Source: Lingula anatina
Lineage: Eukaryota; Animalia; Brachiopoda
Assembly: GCA_051362555.1 (NCBI GenBank)
Contig: CM120649.1
Location: 9,176,001 to 9,240,000 of the forward strand
DNA: 64,000 nt
Direction: 5' to 3'
Shown here piece after piece: positions 61,665 to 64,000 of the stretch (positions within the stretch are counted from its first letter, which is position 1; each line of letters starts with the position of its first letter). A program made the position numbers and the translations under genes. The notes beneath the pieces were generated by a model. That model made no database searches and was not told where the DNA came from. It saw only the letters and a list, made by a program, of their open reading frames with translations.

Positions 61665-64000
61665 TCCCTCTAAAAATACTAATTTTGTGATGGGTCTATT
61701 ATAGCGAGACGATTTAGTACGAACCGTCGCGCTACGCACTAAGCTATCTCTCCCAATCTTAACATTTTCTACTACAGCAAGAGGCCATGAACCACGGGGC
61801 ATAGAAGCATCAACAATAAGGACAAGGTCCCCCCTCTTTAAATTTCGCTTGATCTCCCGCCACTTGGGTCTAGACTGAAGCAAAGACAAATATTCCCTAG
61901 TCCATCGCTTCCAGAACTGGGAAACAAGAAATTGACAATGTCTCCACAACCGTCTATACGCATCTGCTATTTCAAAATCACCCCAAGGAAGAGAGGGATT
62001 GTTACGGAGTAGTAACAGATGGTTAGGAGTAAGAGCGTCACAGTCATTTGAGTCAGTGCTGACTTTTGTCATGGGTCTTCCATTTATAATGCTTTCGCAC
62101 TCACATAAAATTGTTTGTAATACCCAATCAGATAATGACTTGGTAGACACATTTGACAACAGTGCTGTCAGTATTTTTCTGACAGTTCTTATCATGCGTT
62201 CCCAGATCCCTCCATGATGGGATGCATGTGGGGGGTTAAAATTCCACTCGACGCCTCTGCGTCTTGTTTCCCTAAGTATTTTACTCTTGTCGAGCTGACG
62301 TAAGCTTCGCGCCAGCTCACTTTGAGCACCAATAAAATTCGTGGCATTGTCACTATAAAGTTTGGAAGGACATCCTTTTCTCGCGACAAAACGGAAAAAC
62401 CCATTGAGAAACGCGTCGGTACTCAAATTTTCCAACACCTCAATATGCAACGCCCGTGTTTTGAAGCAAGTAAAAATGCATCCAAAACGCTTTACGTCAG
62501 AACGTCCTACTTTCACAACAAGTGGCCCGAAAATATCGATGCCGACAATATCAAAAGGAGGCCCCCCTGCGCTGCACCTGTCCTCGGGCAAATCCGCCAT
62601 TTTCTGCGACATAGGTAACGCGTAGAGCTTTTTGCAGATTACGCAGTTTTTGACGATTTTCTTCACCAAATTTCTTCCATCGACTATCCAGTACTTCCGA
62701 CGGACAATACTATGGGTCCACTCAGTTCCCATATGTGCTCCACCGTGAAAGTCGCGAATGATTGAAGAGCAAATTTTGTGAGATCTGGGCAAAATGGGGG
62801 GCTGTTTACATGCTAATGATGAATGAATAAGCCGACCGCCAACAACTAAAATCCCGTCCTTCACAATAGGAGATAACTTGTAGATTGCACTCGATCGCGA
62901 AATAACGCCGGACTCACTCAAAGATTGAATTTCACGACCGAATACTTCGCTTTGGACTGCTCTGAAAATGGAATCTTCAGCTTCTTTCAACTCGGATGCC
63001 GTTACGTTCGTTTTTATGATGTCTTTTCCACGAAGATGTCTTTTGAATCGTAAAAGCCATGCCACAGCTTTGCAAAGCTTGTAAAAACTGGAATAATGAT
63101 TCCATAACTTTTGTAAAGGTGAGACATCTCTTTCAGATACGGCTTTCTCAAGTTGTTCACTGACAATGCATGTGTGGATTTCAAGATCATTAGAAATGTC
63201 CCGAGAGGACTTTGGGCAGGACCATTTTGATCTGAATTCCGATAAAAATGCAGGACCCTTCATCCAATTTTCAGGCATTTCATCAACATTGCTTCCTCGC
63301 GATAAAATATCGGCTGGATTGGATTTGCCGGGAATCCGTCGCCATTGTTGCACACTGGTATTTTGTCTTATGTAAGACACCCTATTTGCCACGAACGTTT
63401 TGAAACGCGTAGTTTCATTTGCAATATAGGCCAACGCGACCTCACTATCACTCCAAAATGTAGTAGGCAACAAAGGTACATCCATTTCTTCGCGGATTAA
63501 CCGATCAAGGTCAACAGCGACAACACATGCAGTAAGTTCCAGTCTCGGTATAGTGACTTGCTTTTTAAAGGCGCTAATCTGCTTTTAGCTACCAATAACG
63601 CAATACGGATTTTGCCATCACTACAGACTGATCGAAGGTATGCACAAGCTCCGTAAGCCTTTTCACTAGCATCACAAAAAATGTGCACCTCGGCAGCATA
63701 ACTCGTCTCCGAAATAACACACCTTGGAAAATGAAGAGTGTGTAAATCTTTCAAAGATTCAATCCAACGTTGCCATTCAAGACTCAAGTCACCAGGCACC
63801 GGTGTGTCCCATCCTTCGCGCAACCGCGTTACCTTTTGAAATATCATTTTACCGCGTGTGATGACAGGAGATATCAATCCAAGAGGATCATACATCGAGG
63901 CAACCGTACTGAGAATGATACGCTTGGTAACAATCGCGCTTTCTTTGAGTCTGAAGATGTAATAGAAATAATCAGGCATGACTTCCCATTTAATCCCGAG
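61656..64000 (-). pseudogene. pol: BEL/Pao pol (RT end, RNase H, integrase) with one frameshift near 63564
   Basis: YDPLGLISP, HIFCDASEKAYGA, AKSRLAP, shifted TIPRLEL, WSDS, NPADILSRG, QKMADLP, GIDIFGP, SDNATNF, GGIWERMIR, FWKRWTREYL, RPITKL. Confidence 0.92.

Larger units (their letters stand above)
60865..64000 (-). mobile_element. BEL/Pao LTR retrotransposon, 3' part; runs off the window end
   Basis: BEL-type RNase H/integrase ORFs, PPT and candidate 3' LTR. Confidence 0.93.

Overview
Eukaryotic, AT-rich, intron-rich animal DNA; an invertebrate such as a lophotrochozoan is likely, but the species cannot be determined from the window. Host genes: a single-exon GT31 beta-1,3-glycosyltransferase (minus), two tandem paralogues with duplicated DUF1330-like domains (plus), and a complete 19-exon cullin-3 (plus, 759 aa) with an AT-AC U12-type intron. 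Mobile DNA: a young full-length Ty3/Gypsy LTR element (23268-31265) with an inverted solo LTR (15069-15720), the 3' half of a BEL/Pao element, a 5'-truncated LINE, a Harbinger-type non-autonomous element, MITEs and Helentron-associated (HINE/DINE-like) elements. Two findings stand out. First, the Gypsy element is retrovirus-like: TA...CA LTR ends, a tRNA-Ala PBS, gag and pol separated by one in-frame UGA-CGG, an integrase chromodomain, and splice signals that join a leader ORF in frame to a damaged env-like gene. Second, five cullin-3 exon/intron junctions have been locally duplicated or tandemly amplified. All alignments and exon calls were made by eye; no searches were run.
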